A stretch of DNA of 64,000 bases from an uncultured Pseudomonadales bacterium (lineage in GTDB: Bacteria; Patescibacteriota; Microgenomatia; UBA1400; PJMF01), in contig CAZUHV010000003.1 in NCBI GenBank assembly GCA_964620965.1, positions 226,093-290,092 of the forward strand, given 5' to 3'. Position numbers and translations under genes: made by a program. Positions 20,279-29,690 of this stretch are shown in pieces. The stretch's first letter is position 1. The number at the start of each line of letters is the position of its first letter. The notes below the pieces were generated by a model. That model was not told where the DNA came from. It did no database searches and saw nothing but the letters and a program-made list of their open reading frames with translations.

Positions 20279-20283
20279 TATAG

Positions 20284-20964
20284 TTAATTCTCTGTAATAA
20301 CAGGTGCAAGTGATCTTATTGTGAGGGCGTCAACCTTAGATTCATTCTCATGCCCAGAAATAAGAACAGTAATATCTTCTTCTAGATCATTAAGTGTAAT
20401 TTCAACTCCATTAAGATCTTCAAATGCAGTATTTTTTGAAACTGTAATAACTTTTTCATCTGTGCCAGAACGAGGAATAATAGTGATACTAGTTTTGGAA
20501 ATTTCTGTGATAGTTCCAACAGCAACGTACTGTGTTTTTGGAAGTAAACTTTCTGTGTATACGTAAAAGAAAACCGGACTAAAAGTATCATCAACAATTT
20601 TTCCAAGTACAGTGACCCAGTTTTCAACAGCTACTTCTGTTAATTCTATTTTTTTATTATCTTTAGTAATAGAAATTGCATTATCAATTGGAATAATTCT
20701 TGTGCCTTTTCTTGTGTTTAAGGTGATAGTTTCATCTGTGACACGAGCAACTTCTCCAAGTACTGCTTCTTTTTTTTCAGAAGATAAACCAAGTACATTT
20801 TTAACGCCATTAATAGTCAGTAATTGCTTAATGTCTAATTTTTTTTCTGCACTTGCAGATTCGGTTGCTTCACTTGTTTGAGCATAGCTTGTCGTAACGG
20901 TAATACACGATGCTCCGAAAAAGAGGAGTAAAAAAATAAGTAATTTCAAATTGCTGTTTTTCAT
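20284..20964 (-). CDS. Secreted protein or lipoprotein, hypothetical
   Basis: N-terminal signal peptide MKNSNLKLLIFLLLFFGASC with a lipobox-like GASC. No recognisable catalytic motifs. Confidence 0.5.
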   Translation of the reverse strand: MKNSNLKLLIFLLLFFGASCITVTTSYAQTSEATESASAEKKLDIKQLLTINGVKNVLGLSSEKKEAVLGEVARVTDETITLNTRKGTRIIPIDNAISITKDNKKIELTEVAVENWVTVLGKIVDDTFSPVFFYVYTESLLPKTQYVAVGTITEISKTSITIIPRSGTDEKVITVSKNTAFEDLNGVEITLNDLEEDITVLISGHENESKVDALTIRSLAPVITEN

Positions 20965-20986
20965 TTAAACAATACCTTTAACTGTT

Positions 20987-21481
20987 TTACAGTTGTTCTT
21001 CTTTTGTTTCTGCGGATGCAGTTGCTTCTAAAGCTTCTTTTGTTGCTTGTTCAGCTGCTAGTTTTTCAAAGGCATCAGTTACAACGACAAGTCGTTCTTC
21101 TATAACTGAACCACCATCTTCATTTACGATATGGACTCTAATAATATTTTCGCCGTCTTCAAGCTCAACTTTTACAGAAAAGTTTCCTGATTCGTCTGAA
21201 TTTGAAAGATAATCCTCATCATTCACAAATGTAACAACAAATGTGTTTGGAATTGTTGTACCAGTAATAATGAGTTCTTTCTCTGTTTGAATAGAATTAT
21301 CTTCTGGATTATGAAGCGCCAAGACAGTTGGGGTTGCAACAACTTCGTCTTTTTGTGCTGTTTCAACAAAATCAGCAACAGGCTGTTCTGTGATAGAACT
21401 TTTAACTCTATATACGCCAAAAGTGATGATTAAGCCCATGCTTAACCCCACAAAAATAGCAATTAAAACTTCCTTTTTCAT
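20987..21481 (-). CDS. Membrane-anchored hypothetical protein
   Basis: Single N-terminal TM helix (VLIAIFVGLSMGLIITFGVY) followed by a soluble domain. Co-directional with the preceding lipoprotein. Confidence 0.45.
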   Translation of the reverse strand: MKKEVLIAIFVGLSMGLIITFGVYRVKSSITEQPVADFVETAQKDEVVATPTVLALHNPEDNSIQTEKELIITGTTIPNTFVVTFVNDEDYLSNSDESGNFSVKVELEDGENIIRVHIVNEDGGSVIEERLVVVTDAFEKLAAEQATKEALEATASAETKEEQL

Positions 21482-21611
21482 ACTTGTTTGGCAGACCCTT
21501 GTGACTTCATTATACCTTAATTAGAGTGATTAATCTTAAGGCTCTTTATTGTAAATCAAACCTATGATAGCATAAGGCAGACAAAAGCAAAGCATAAGAA
21601 AGAGCTAGTAT

Positions 21612-22274
21612 ATGACTATTACCTATCATGGACACTCAACATTCAAAATTAAGGGAAAAGCTGGAACTGTAGTAACAGATCCTTTTGATGATTACATTGG
21701 CCTCACTTTGCCAAAAATGAGTGCTGATATTGTAACTGTCAGTCACGATCATAAAGATCACAATGCAATAAAAACAATTACTGGTACTGCAAGAAGAAAT
21801 AATCCATTTATCGTTACAGATGCTGGAGAGTATGAGGTCGGTGGTATTTCCGTATTTGGAGTTCAGACTTTTCATGATGCAAATGAAGGCGTTGAAAGAG
21901 GAAAAAACTTAGTTTTTACAACTTTAGTTGATGGAGTGAGAATTTGTCATCTTGGAGATCTTGGTCATGAATTAACCCCAAAACAGCTTGAAGAAATTGG
22001 TTCGGTTGATGTATTGCTTTGCCCAGTTGGAGGAGTGTACACAATAGACCCTGAATTAGCGGTTAAAACAATTCGTGCAATCGAGCCAGGAATTGCAATT
22101 CCAATGCATTACAGAACTACGAAGCATAACCCAGATGTATTTGGAGATCTCAAAGCACTTGAAGATTTCTTAAAAGTATATGGAGTTTCTCCAACTCCTG
22201 TGCCTTCATTCACTTTGGCAGGACAATCTTCTGTCCCAGAAGAGACAGAACTAGTAGTTTTGAGTGAAGTATAG
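21612..22274 (+). CDS. Metallo-beta-lactamase-fold metal-dependent hydrolase (UPF0173-like)
   Basis: MTITYHGHSTFKI...VSHDHKDH motif pattern of the MBL superfamily. Confidence 0.65.
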   Translation: MTITYHGHSTFKIKGKAGTVVTDPFDDYIGLTLPKMSADIVTVSHDHKDHNAIKTITGTARRNNPFIVTDAGEYEVGGISVFGVQTFHDANEGVERGKNLVFTTLVDGVRICHLGDLGHELTPKQLEEIGSVDVLLCPVGGVYTIDPELAVKTIRAIEPGIAIPMHYRTTKHNPDVFGDLKALEDFLKVYGVSPTPVPSFTLAGQSSVPEETELVVLSEV

Positions 22275-22315
22275 AAAAATAGCAGAGCTAGGGCGAAGAA
22301 GTAAAAAAGGACAGT

Positions 22316-23644
22316 ATGGCAAATCATCAGGATGTTTCTGGAAGGATTCCTCCACAAAATTTAGATGCTGAGAAATCTGTTTTGGGTGCAATTTTGCTTG
22401 ATAGTGACGCCATTATTAACGTTGCTGATATTTTAAGTTCAGAGAGTTTTTATTTACCAGCACACCAACACATCTATGCAGCTATGGAGGCGTTGTATGA
22501 AAAGCGCCAGCCAATTGACGTTGTGACACTCACAAACCAGATTAAGAAAATGAAAAATCTGAAGGCAATTGGTGGAGCAACAGCAGTTGCTGAGCTTTCG
22601 AATGTTGTTTCTACAGCTGCAAATGCAAAGCATTATGCGCAACTGGTTTCTGAAGCATTTGTAAAACGTCGTTTGATTTCTATGTCTGCAGAAATGAATG
22701 AGCTAGCATTTGATCCTTCAAAAGATGTAACCGATATTATGGATTTAGCAGAGCAAAGAGTGTTTACTTTGTCTCAAACTCAGAACAAAAAAGCATTTTT
22801 ACCAATTAAAGATACATTAGTTGAAAGTTTTGAGCGTCTTGATGAATTACAAAAAAATTCTGGAGAGCTGCGTGGTGTCCCAACGGGGTTTGCCGATCTA
22901 GATAGATGTTTGGCAGGTTTTCAAAAGTCTAACTTAATTATTTTGGCAGCTCGACCTGGTACTGGTAAGACCGCATTTTCCTTGAACATGGCGCAACACA
23001 TGACTGTGGTTTCTAAAAAGAAAGTCGGATTTTTCTCACTTGAAATGAGTAGAGAAGAGTTGGTAGACCGTTTGCTGGTTTCTCAAGCAGACATTGATGC
23101 CTGGAAACTCAAAACTGGTCGTCTAGATCAACAAGACTTTCTAAAGTTGTCAGATGCAATGGGCGTTTTAGCAGATGCAAACATTTTTATTGATGACACT
23201 CCAGCGCTCACTGTTTTTGAGATGAGGACTCGAGCCCGTAGGCTAAAAATGGAGCACGATATCGACATGTTGATTGTTGACTACTTGCAGCTTGCACATG
23301 GACGTACCAAAGACAACCGTGTAACAGAAGTCGCTGAAATTTCTCAGGGACTTAAAAATATTGCTCGTGAGCTTAAAATACCTGTTTTGGCCCTCGCACA
23401 GCTTTCTCGTGCTGTAGAAAGTAGAACAGAGAAGATGCCTCAACTTTCTGATCTTCGTGAATCTGGTTCTATTGAACAGGATGCTGACGTTGTTATGTTC
23501 TTGTATCGAAAAGACGATAATATTCGTGAAGCTGTGAACTTAAAGATTGCTAAGCATCGTAATGGTGGAATGGCAGATATTGATCTCTACTTTAGAGGAG
23601 ACCGTATCAAGTTTTATGGTATGGAAACCCAAAGGGAGATATAA
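22316..23644 (+). CDS. dnaB: Replicative DNA helicase
   Basis: N-terminal DnaB domain (NLDAEKSVLGAILLD) and RecA-like domain with Walker A ARPGTGKT, Walker B LIVDYLQL and arginine finger region. Confidence 0.9.
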   Translation: MANHQDVSGRIPPQNLDAEKSVLGAILLDSDAIINVADILSSESFYLPAHQHIYAAMEALYEKRQPIDVVTLTNQIKKMKNLKAIGGATAVAELSNVVSTAANAKHYAQLVSEAFVKRRLISMSAEMNELAFDPSKDVTDIMDLAEQRVFTLSQTQNKKAFLPIKDTLVESFERLDELQKNSGELRGVPTGFADLDRCLAGFQKSNLIILAARPGTGKTAFSLNMAQHMTVVSKKKVGFFSLEMSREELVDRLLVSQADIDAWKLKTGRLDQQDFLKLSDAMGVLADANIFIDDTPALTVFEMRTRARRLKMEHDIDMLIVDYLQLAHGRTKDNRVTEVAEISQGLKNIARELKIPVLALAQLSRAVESRTEKMPQLSDLRESGSIEQDADVVMFLYRKDDNIREAVNLKIAKHRNGGMADIDLYFRGDRIKFYGMETQREI

Positions 23645-23718
23645 AAATTGAAAAAAGTTGTATAATTCAAGCAGATTGTTCAATTTTAAACCCAACCTAA
23701 CTCTCTAAAGGTGATAAG

Positions 23719-23883
23719 ATGCTTGGAAAATTTTTAGAAAAATTTGTAAAAGCATTCCCATATTTCTTAGGGGGAGGAATGTTGGGACTGCTGTTCCTAG
23801 TATTCCTGGAGGTATTTTTTAATAGTCTTCCAGGATTTGGAACAACAACGGTGGTTATCTATCTACCGTTGGTTTTTAAATAA
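23719..23883 (+). CDS. Small membrane protein (54 aa), hypothetical
   Basis: AAGGTGA SD 7 nt upstream of the ATG, two hydrophobic segments and an extended -10 (TGTATAAT) upstream. Too short to appear in the ORF track. Confidence 0.4.
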   Translation: MLGKFLEKFVKAFPYFLGGGMLGLLFLVFLEVFFNSLPGFGTTTVVIYLPLVFK

Positions 23884-24002
23884 TCTCTTGTGAGGTTGAG
23901 TATGGAGAAACGACTCTTCATAAATCGACCAAAGAAAGAGATCTGAACAATGAAAGCCATCAGCTCAAAACTGGTGGCTTTTTTAATTGTCACGGAAAAA
24001 AA

Positions 24003-24251
24003 TTATGCTCCTGGCTGATATCCAAAGAGTAAATAGACAAGCCCTCCAGAAAGAACTAAAAACATAGCCAAAAAGCCTAGATTAGACTTGAGGTCTTTTA
24101 GTGATTTTTCTGAGTTAGGATTATCGACGCTAATTATTACTACTGTTGCAACTACAAACCAAACTACAGCACGAGCTACAACAGACCAGATGCTATCTAC
24201 TCTAAATATCGATCCAAGGATGTTTTGTAAAATATCCATACCCTTCATCAT
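24003..24251 (-). CDS. Small two-TM membrane protein, hypothetical
   Basis: Two clear TM helices. Start taken as MMKGMD, the largest plausible frame, with a weak RBS. Confidence 0.35.
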   Translation of the reverse strand: MMKGMDILQNILGSIFRVDSIWSVVARAVVWFVVATVVIISVDNPNSEKSLKDLKSNLGFLAMFLVLSGGLVYLLFGYQPGA

Positions 24252-24335
24252 GCTATATATCTTCCAAAAAAGCAAGTTTTTTGCTATACTACCAATCTAC
24301 CTACTTGAGAAAATGGTATTTTTCTCTTTTTGCTT

Positions 24336-24419
24336 GCCGAGGTGGCGGAATTGGTAGACGCGTGGGTCTCAAAAACCCATGAGACAAAATCTCGTGCGGG
24401 TTCGATTCCCGCCCTCGGC
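24336..24419 (+). tRNA. tRNA-Leu (anticodon CAA)
   Basis: Cloverleaf read by hand: acceptor GCCGAGG/CCTCGGC, D-arm, anticodon stem TGGGT/ACCCA with loop CTCAAAA (anticodon CAA), long variable arm, T-arm GCGGG-TTCGATT-CCCGC and discriminator A. CCA is not encoded. Confidence 0.85.
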
Positions 24420-24514
24420 ACACCACAAAAGCATAGGGTCTTTTTTTTATACACTTTTTGTAAGGATACTTTGTTATATTTACACAAATACAGAAGCACC
24501 TGTATAAAGGAAGT

Positions 24515-24673
24515 ATGCTTACAAATAGAGACATTTCAAAGTTAGAAGAAAAATTTGTTACAAAAGAGGAATTTTTGAGGGGTTTTGATGCTTTAATGCA
24601 TGAATTAAAATCTTTAAGGGAAGAAATAACTGTGATGTTTTATAGGCAATCAGAGAATTCTTCAAAAATCTAA
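24515..24673 (+). CDS. Small predicted coiled-coil protein (52 aa), hypothetical
   Basis: AGGAAG immediately upstream of the ATG. Sequence MLTNRDISKLEEKFVTKEEFLRGFDALMHELKSLREEITVMF. Could be non-coding. Confidence 0.25.
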   Translation: MLTNRDISKLEEKFVTKEEFLRGFDALMHELKSLREEITVMFYRQSENSSKI

Positions 24674-24723
24674 AACAACAGTAAGAGAATTACAACTCTA
24701 GAAGATAAATTATCTTTTTAAAT

Positions 24724-25224
24724 TTATTTGAGTAACCAAATCACAAAAACCAGGATCACTTGAGGTAAAAGCCCAAGTGCAATATTTGGTGTAGAATGAT
24801 GAAACATACCATGAAACTTATTGAATGGTTTAATAAACCAAGGTTCCCATTTAAGAAAATTTCTTGGAGCTTCAACAAGATCTGGGGCAATGCCAGTTAA
24901 AGCCCCAATCCCAATATGCCAAGTGTAGGCACTATTAAAATCAATTGGTTGTCCAAAATCTTTAAAGAAAAACCAGTAAATTAGAATGCCGGTAATTCCT
25001 AGTTCAAAAAGTTCTAAAATAATGGCAGTACTTCGCTTTCGTTTTCCATTAGAAAGGCCTGTGCCAACATCCCAATGAGGGATCCAGTCGCATAAATAGT
25101 GCATTCCAAGAGTTAAAGGAATATACAAAATTGGGTGTGGCAACTTACTTGCAATAAAGGCACCTGTAAGTGAATGTGGTATCGATAACATGACAAATTT
25201 TAGTATACTAATTAAGGAGTGCAT
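24724..25224 (-). CDS. Integral membrane protein, possibly a YdjM/DUF457-like membrane-bound metal-dependent hydrolase
   Basis: 166 aa with four hydrophobic segments and conserved His and Asp residues (HYLCDWIPHWD). Confidence 0.35.
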   Translation of the reverse strand: MHSLISILKFVMLSIPHSLTGAFIASKLPHPILYIPLTLGMHYLCDWIPHWDVGTGLSNGKRKRSTAIILELFELGITGILIYWFFFKDFGQPIDFNSAYTWHIGIGALTGIAPDLVEAPRNFLKWEPWFIKPFNKFHGMFHHSTPNIALGLLPQVILVFVIWLLK

Positions 25225-25266
25225 TGTACAATGTACAAGTTAATGGTCAAGAGATAAAGCAAAAAT

Positions 25267-26100
25267 ATGTTTCCAGTATTATTTTCAGTAGGTCCGATAG
25301 ATTTTAAGACACAAACGTTATTTGTGCTGTTTGCATTCTTTTTTGCAAGTTTTATTTTTTGGAAAAAAGGGAGAGAAGAGCATTATTCTGAAGCGGATGT
25401 TTTTGACAGTTTTTTGATTTCAACACTTCTTGGCGCGGTTGTTGCTAGAGTTATTTTTATTCTATTTAACTTTCATGTTTTTGGTTTTCATTTTTTGAGT
25501 TGGTTAGATTTTAATACATATCCTGGAATTAATTTAATTGCCGGTTTAGTAGCAGCAGCTATTTACATGTATAAAATTGCTTCCAGAAATAAGTGGGATC
25601 AGTATGAAGTTTTGGATTTTTGGGTTACCAGTATTTCACTTGGATTATCAATCTATTATGTTGGTACTTTTTTTGATGGAACAGGATATGGATTTGGAAC
25701 GAGCCTTCCATGGGGTGTGGTTTTTCCTCAGTTAGTTGAGCCTCATCATCCGGTTCAGATGTATTTCTCACTTTTTTACATCTTGCTCTATGTGTATCTC
25801 TTTAAAGTTGAGTATTCATATAGAACATTTCTTTGGTATAGACATGGAAAGAAAACAGCTCAAACAGGTTTTTTAACTTCTAGCTTTTTAATTGCAGTTG
25901 GTCTTTTTACTATTTTCATGGCGTTTTTAAAGCCAGCAACAATAGAGTTTGTTGGCATAAATCTTGATATGGTGATTGGATTTATAACAGCGTTCTTTGG
26001 AATGAGTATTTTATATTCTAGATCTGGGAGATCGATCCCAATTCTTTCTAGCAAAAAACCAAGACCAATGAGAACAAAACTTGAAAATCTAAATGAATAA
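25267..26100 (+). CDS. lgt: Prolipoprotein diacylglyceryl transferase
   Basis: Lgt topology, an Lgt-like motif (GLSIYYVGTFFDGTGYG) and conserved His/Tyr residues. Adjacent to lspA. Confidence 0.8.
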   Translation: MFPVLFSVGPIDFKTQTLFVLFAFFFASFIFWKKGREEHYSEADVFDSFLISTLLGAVVARVIFILFNFHVFGFHFLSWLDFNTYPGINLIAGLVAAAIYMYKIASRNKWDQYEVLDFWVTSISLGLSIYYVGTFFDGTGYGFGTSLPWGVVFPQLVEPHHPVQMYFSLFYILLYVYLFKVEYSYRTFLWYRHGKKTAQTGFLTSSFLIAVGLFTIFMAFLKPATIEFVGINLDMVIGFITAFFGMSILYSRSGRSIPILSSKKPRPMRTKLENLNE

Positions 26101-26506
26101 ACATAAAAGTTTTTTTCCAGTATTCTTAATCACCATATTTGTAGATCAAGCATCAAAGTTTTTGGCTACAATACTAGGTTTTCAAATTACATATAACACC
26201 GGCATATCTTTTAGCACATTTGCAGCAAGTGATCCGAAATTTCTTACGCTTGTATTAGGTGTAGCAATGTATTTGCTATTTAATTACTTTAAAAGTTTTT
26301 GGAAAGAGAATAGTTTAGCTGCTGGGCTATTTTTTGGTGGGGCAGTGGCAAATATATTTGACAGATTGCTGTTTGATGCTGTGAGAGATTGGATTACGAT
26401 TCCGTTTAGCAACATTCATAATAATTTGGCTGATTGGGCTATTTTTGCTGGTTTATTTTTACTTTTATTCCCGTTTGTTTCACAAAAAACAGCAAAAAAA
26501 CAATAA
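26093..26506 (+). CDS. lspA: Lipoprotein signal peptidase (signal peptidase II)
   Basis: Four TM helices, NTGISFS and FNIADW-like (ADWAIFAGL) motifs. Its start overlaps the lgt stop. Confidence 0.8.
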   Translation: MNKHKSFFPVFLITIFVDQASKFLATILGFQITYNTGISFSTFAASDPKFLTLVLGVAMYLLFNYFKSFWKENSLAAGLFFGGAVANIFDRLLFDAVRDWITIPFSNIHNNLADWAIFAGLFLLLFPFVSQKTAKKQ

Positions 26507-26523
26507 TAGGGTAAAATATACCT

Positions 26524-27369
26524 ATGCATTCAATCGAAGAAATTACAATTATATATCAAGACGAAGATATTGTTGCTGTTAATAAACCAGCGGGAGTTAT
26601 TGTAAATCGTGCACAAACGGTAAAAGGTGAGACACTACAAGATTGGTTAGAAACAAATATCCCAGAAATTAGAGATATTGTTACAAAAGGAATATATCCA
26701 GATGGATGGATGTCGCAAATTCCAGATGAATTTAGTGATGAATTTGGATCTCCACAAGAAATATTTTTGCAACGTTCTGGCATTGCTCACAGATTAGATA
26801 AAGAGACGAGTGGTATTCTATTAGTTGCAAAGCATCCAGGTTCTTTATTAGAGCTTTTGCGACAATTTAAGCAACGTGAGATACAAAAACAGTATCTCTG
26901 TTTAGTTCATGGAAAATTTGCTTTACCAACAGGAGAAGTTGTTGCTCCATTGGGAAGAAGAAGTGGAAATCGTAAACTTTTTGGAGTTGTCGCAGAAGGA
27001 AGACCTGCTATTACACACTATGCAGTTCAAAACTTTTTTCCAGAATTTAACATAGATCGTGTGATGCAAGAAACGGGTGAAAAAAGCAAGAGATTTTCCT
27101 TGTATCAAGGTTTTTCTCTAGTTAAGTGTTGGCCAAAAACTGGAAGAACTCATCAAATTAGGGTGCACATGGCACATATTTCGCATCCAATTGTGGGGGA
27201 CAAGCTCTATGTTGGTAAAAAGAGAAATAAACTAGATTTTCTTTGGTGCAAAAGACACTTTTTACATGCCCATTCAATCGAATTTACACATCCAAGAACT
27301 CATGAAAAATTGCAGCTAGAAGCACAGCTTAGCGCAGATTTACAAACAGTTCTTGAATATATTCGGTAG
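26524..27369 (+). CDS. rluD: RluA-family pseudouridine synthase (RluD-like)
   Basis: Catalytic motif HRLDKETSGILLVAK and C-terminal PUS domain. Confidence 0.8.
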   Translation: MHSIEEITIIYQDEDIVAVNKPAGVIVNRAQTVKGETLQDWLETNIPEIRDIVTKGIYPDGWMSQIPDEFSDEFGSPQEIFLQRSGIAHRLDKETSGILLVAKHPGSLLELLRQFKQREIQKQYLCLVHGKFALPTGEVVAPLGRRSGNRKLFGVVAEGRPAITHYAVQNFFPEFNIDRVMQETGEKSKRFSLYQGFSLVKCWPKTGRTHQIRVHMAHISHPIVGDKLYVGKKRNKLDFLWCKRHFLHAHSIEFTHPRTHEKLQLEAQLSADLQTVLEYIR

Positions 27370-27387
27370 TAGGATGTATAATCCATT

Positions 27388-28002
27388 ATGGAACTATCCA
27401 CAACAACCTTTTCCAATGATCCGATTGCTTATTTAGCCCCATCTTGGGATGACATGGATCGTTTGGCGTTTTTAATTTCAAAAAAAATAATAGAAGACGG
27501 ACTAGAATTTGACAGAATTGTTACTATGGCAAAAGGTGGCTGGCCTATGGCAAGGCCACTTGTTGATTACGTGCAAGCAAAAGAAGTTGCAAGCATTGGT
27601 TTAAAACTATACAAGGGCATTAACGAACGAGAATTAGAGCCAGAAGTATATCAAGATCTGAATGCAGATGTATCTGGTGAAACAATATTATTGTTCGATG
27701 ATGTTGCAGATACTGGTGAAACGTTAGCGTTTGTGAAACAGTATCTTCAAGAAAAAGGTGCCAAGAAAATCATTACTGCAACATTATTTTATAAACCACA
27801 TTCTAGTATCAAGCCAGATTACTATGGAATGGAAACGATTGCATGGATTATCTTTCCTTATGAGCTTCGAGAAACAATGGATGTTTTGGTAGACAAGTGG
27901 GAGAGTGAAGGACTTGGGGAAACTCAAGTTATTGATCGGTTTGTAGAGTTAGGGTTTAAGAAAAAAATGGTTGAGTATTTTTACTCAACTTTGTATAGGT
28001 AG
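27388..28002 (+). CDS. Phosphoribosyltransferase-domain protein (type I PRTase, purine/xanthine-like)
   Basis: PRPP-binding motif ILLFDDVADTGETL. Confidence 0.6.
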   Translation: MELSTTTFSNDPIAYLAPSWDDMDRLAFLISKKIIEDGLEFDRIVTMAKGGWPMARPLVDYVQAKEVASIGLKLYKGINERELEPEVYQDLNADVSGETILLFDDVADTGETLAFVKQYLQEKGAKKIITATLFYKPHSSIKPDYYGMETIAWIIFPYELRETMDVLVDKWESEGLGETQVIDRFVELGFKKKMVEYFYSTLYR

Positions 28003-28065
28003 GAGGTATGCGTTTGTAATGGTTCAGGGGAAACCACCTAAAGTTATATTTTTATATAGTAATAT

Positions 28066-28094
28066 TTGACAAATATAAAAATATAGGATATAAT
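28066..28094 (+). promoter_or_regulatory. Consensus sigma70-type promoter (TTGACA-N17-TATAAT) facing the HD-domain gene, with a leader of about 220 nt
   Basis: TTGACA at 28066-28071, exactly 17 nt of spacer, then TATAAT at 28089-28094. Confidence 0.55.
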
Positions 28095-28323
28095 AAACCC
28101 TCATTGAAAACAACAATGTAAAAAAATATAACAATTAAATAAAATCGCGTTAAAGCACCTAGTACGGCTTTTTCGCTCCCAAGTAACAACAGTTTTACTT
28201 GATTGAGATCAAATAAAGATTTCAAAAAGTAAAACGGAAACCAAGTTGAGTAGAAAAGCTTCAATGGGTGTTTTTTTATTTCTATTTTTAGAATTTCAGA
28301 ACACTCATTGATTAGAAAAATAT

Positions 28324-29463
28324 ATGAGTACAGATACAAAATCGTTAGAGGCCCGAATCCCACGTTGGCAAACTGATCCAACTAATTCTGAAGTACAAAC
28401 AGCTTATAGGTATCCTGCCCATGAAAATAATTGGGTGTATGTATCGGATATTTTAGGTGACACTGGTTTTGATGTTGGCATATACAATTTTAGAGGGCAG
28501 TCAGAATTTGGTATCGCATGGCCTAGTGAAGCATTACAAAAGAAAGATTATTTTCAATTTTTTAATATCGCGAAAATTGTAATATCAACATTAAGACTCA
28601 ATGATGAAGTTTATACAACAAAGGTTTTACCTCAGATTTATACTTTTTTAGAAAAAACAACGGTCTACGAATTACTTTCAAAGAAAGAAAGCATTTCACA
28701 AGGGAACTCAGTTGTTCATCATATCCAAGAAGTTCCAAAGCTTGTAAATACGGCAGAATGTTCTATTCGAGAAAAGTTTGTTTTAAGAATGTCAGCAATT
28801 TTTCATGATTTTGGAAAAATGTTTGATATTGGTAGAGATCAATTACATTTCCATGCGTTGGTTTCTGCAGATATCTTTAAAAGATTTATGGCAGAGTACG
28901 AAGAACAAATTTTTGTACACCTTTTGGAAGTTGAAAAAAGAAACAATGGGCAGCAAGACGAGGCCATATTAAAAAAATCTTTTAGAGATGCAATTACTGA
29001 TACAACAGAAATTATTAGATTGCACCATGTGTTAGAACAAATTGATAAGAAAAGATTAGATCCAGAATTTGTCGCAGAGCTTTTTACACTTACAGGAGAT
29101 GAGGCTTTTGGATTTTTGCTTGGGTTATTTGTTGTCGCAGACGGTGGAAGTGTTATTCCAGATAATGAAAAATATGCGGTGTTTTTGGCACAGAACTTAG
29201 ATGCTTTAGCAAAAGTGATAGCAGTTTTGGAAACTGAAAACCAGTTTACTGAAGCAGAAGAGAGAAGTCCAGACAGTATAAAGTATATGTTTGTTCAGGC
29301 ATTGCAATATTTAATAGAACGACTCTCCAATATTCAAATTTCTGTGAAAGATCTAGCAGAGAAAATCAAAGCGAAAATTAGGGAAATTCAAGATACTTTA
29401 GATAGAGTTCTTGTTGTAGCTCTTTTGAGCTTGGAAGTGAGCGAAGAACCTGTGGTATCATAA
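28324..29463 (+). CDS. HD-domain protein, function unknown
   Basis: HD motif IFHDFGKMFDIGRD..H..H and a long helical C-terminal region. Confidence 0.5.
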   Translation: MSTDTKSLEARIPRWQTDPTNSEVQTAYRYPAHENNWVYVSDILGDTGFDVGIYNFRGQSEFGIAWPSEALQKKDYFQFFNIAKIVISTLRLNDEVYTTKVLPQIYTFLEKTTVYELLSKKESISQGNSVVHHIQEVPKLVNTAECSIREKFVLRMSAIFHDFGKMFDIGRDQLHFHALVSADIFKRFMAEYEEQIFVHLLEVEKRNNGQQDEAILKKSFRDAITDTTEIIRLHHVLEQIDKKRLDPEFVAELFTLTGDEAFGFLLGLFVVADGGSVIPDNEKYAVFLAQNLDALAKVIAVLETENQFTEAEERSPDSIKYMFVQALQYLIERLSNIQISVKDLAEKIKAKIREIQDTLDRVLVVALLSLEVSEEPVVS

Positions 29464-29529
29464 CAGTTGCTATGATTAAATCACGTATTTCACAATTATC
29501 AGCATTTTCAACACTTTAATGTGTTTTTA

Positions 29530-29553
29530 GCGCATGAATAGTGCGTTTTTTTT
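29530..29553 (+). terminator. Rho-independent terminator after the HD-domain gene
   Basis: gcgca-tgaatag-tgcgt hairpin followed by a T8 run. Confidence 0.5.
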
Positions 29554-29690
29554 GTACAAAGTATGCAAAGCTTCCATACTTGCATTCAGTGGACAGATAT
29601 ATTTTTTTACACTACACTTGAGTCATTAAGAAGAGTACAAGCAGAAAAAATTAGGGTAGGTTGCAAAATACCTTTTCCCAGAAAGAAAAC

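Noticed and set aside
24284-24545. Three overlapping ORFs (24284-24499 -, 24301-24534 -, 24330-24545 +) listed in the ORF track
   Set aside because: They overlap the tRNA-Leu(CAA) gene and its flanks on both strands. Their translations are low-complexity and no RBS is evident. They are artefacts of open frames across an RNA gene.
28052-28381. 109-aa minus-strand ORF upstream of the HD-domain gene
   Set aside because: It overlaps the consensus promoter and leader of the HD gene and runs into its start. The composition is Phe/Ile/Leu-rich AT-driven. More likely non-coding leader DNA.
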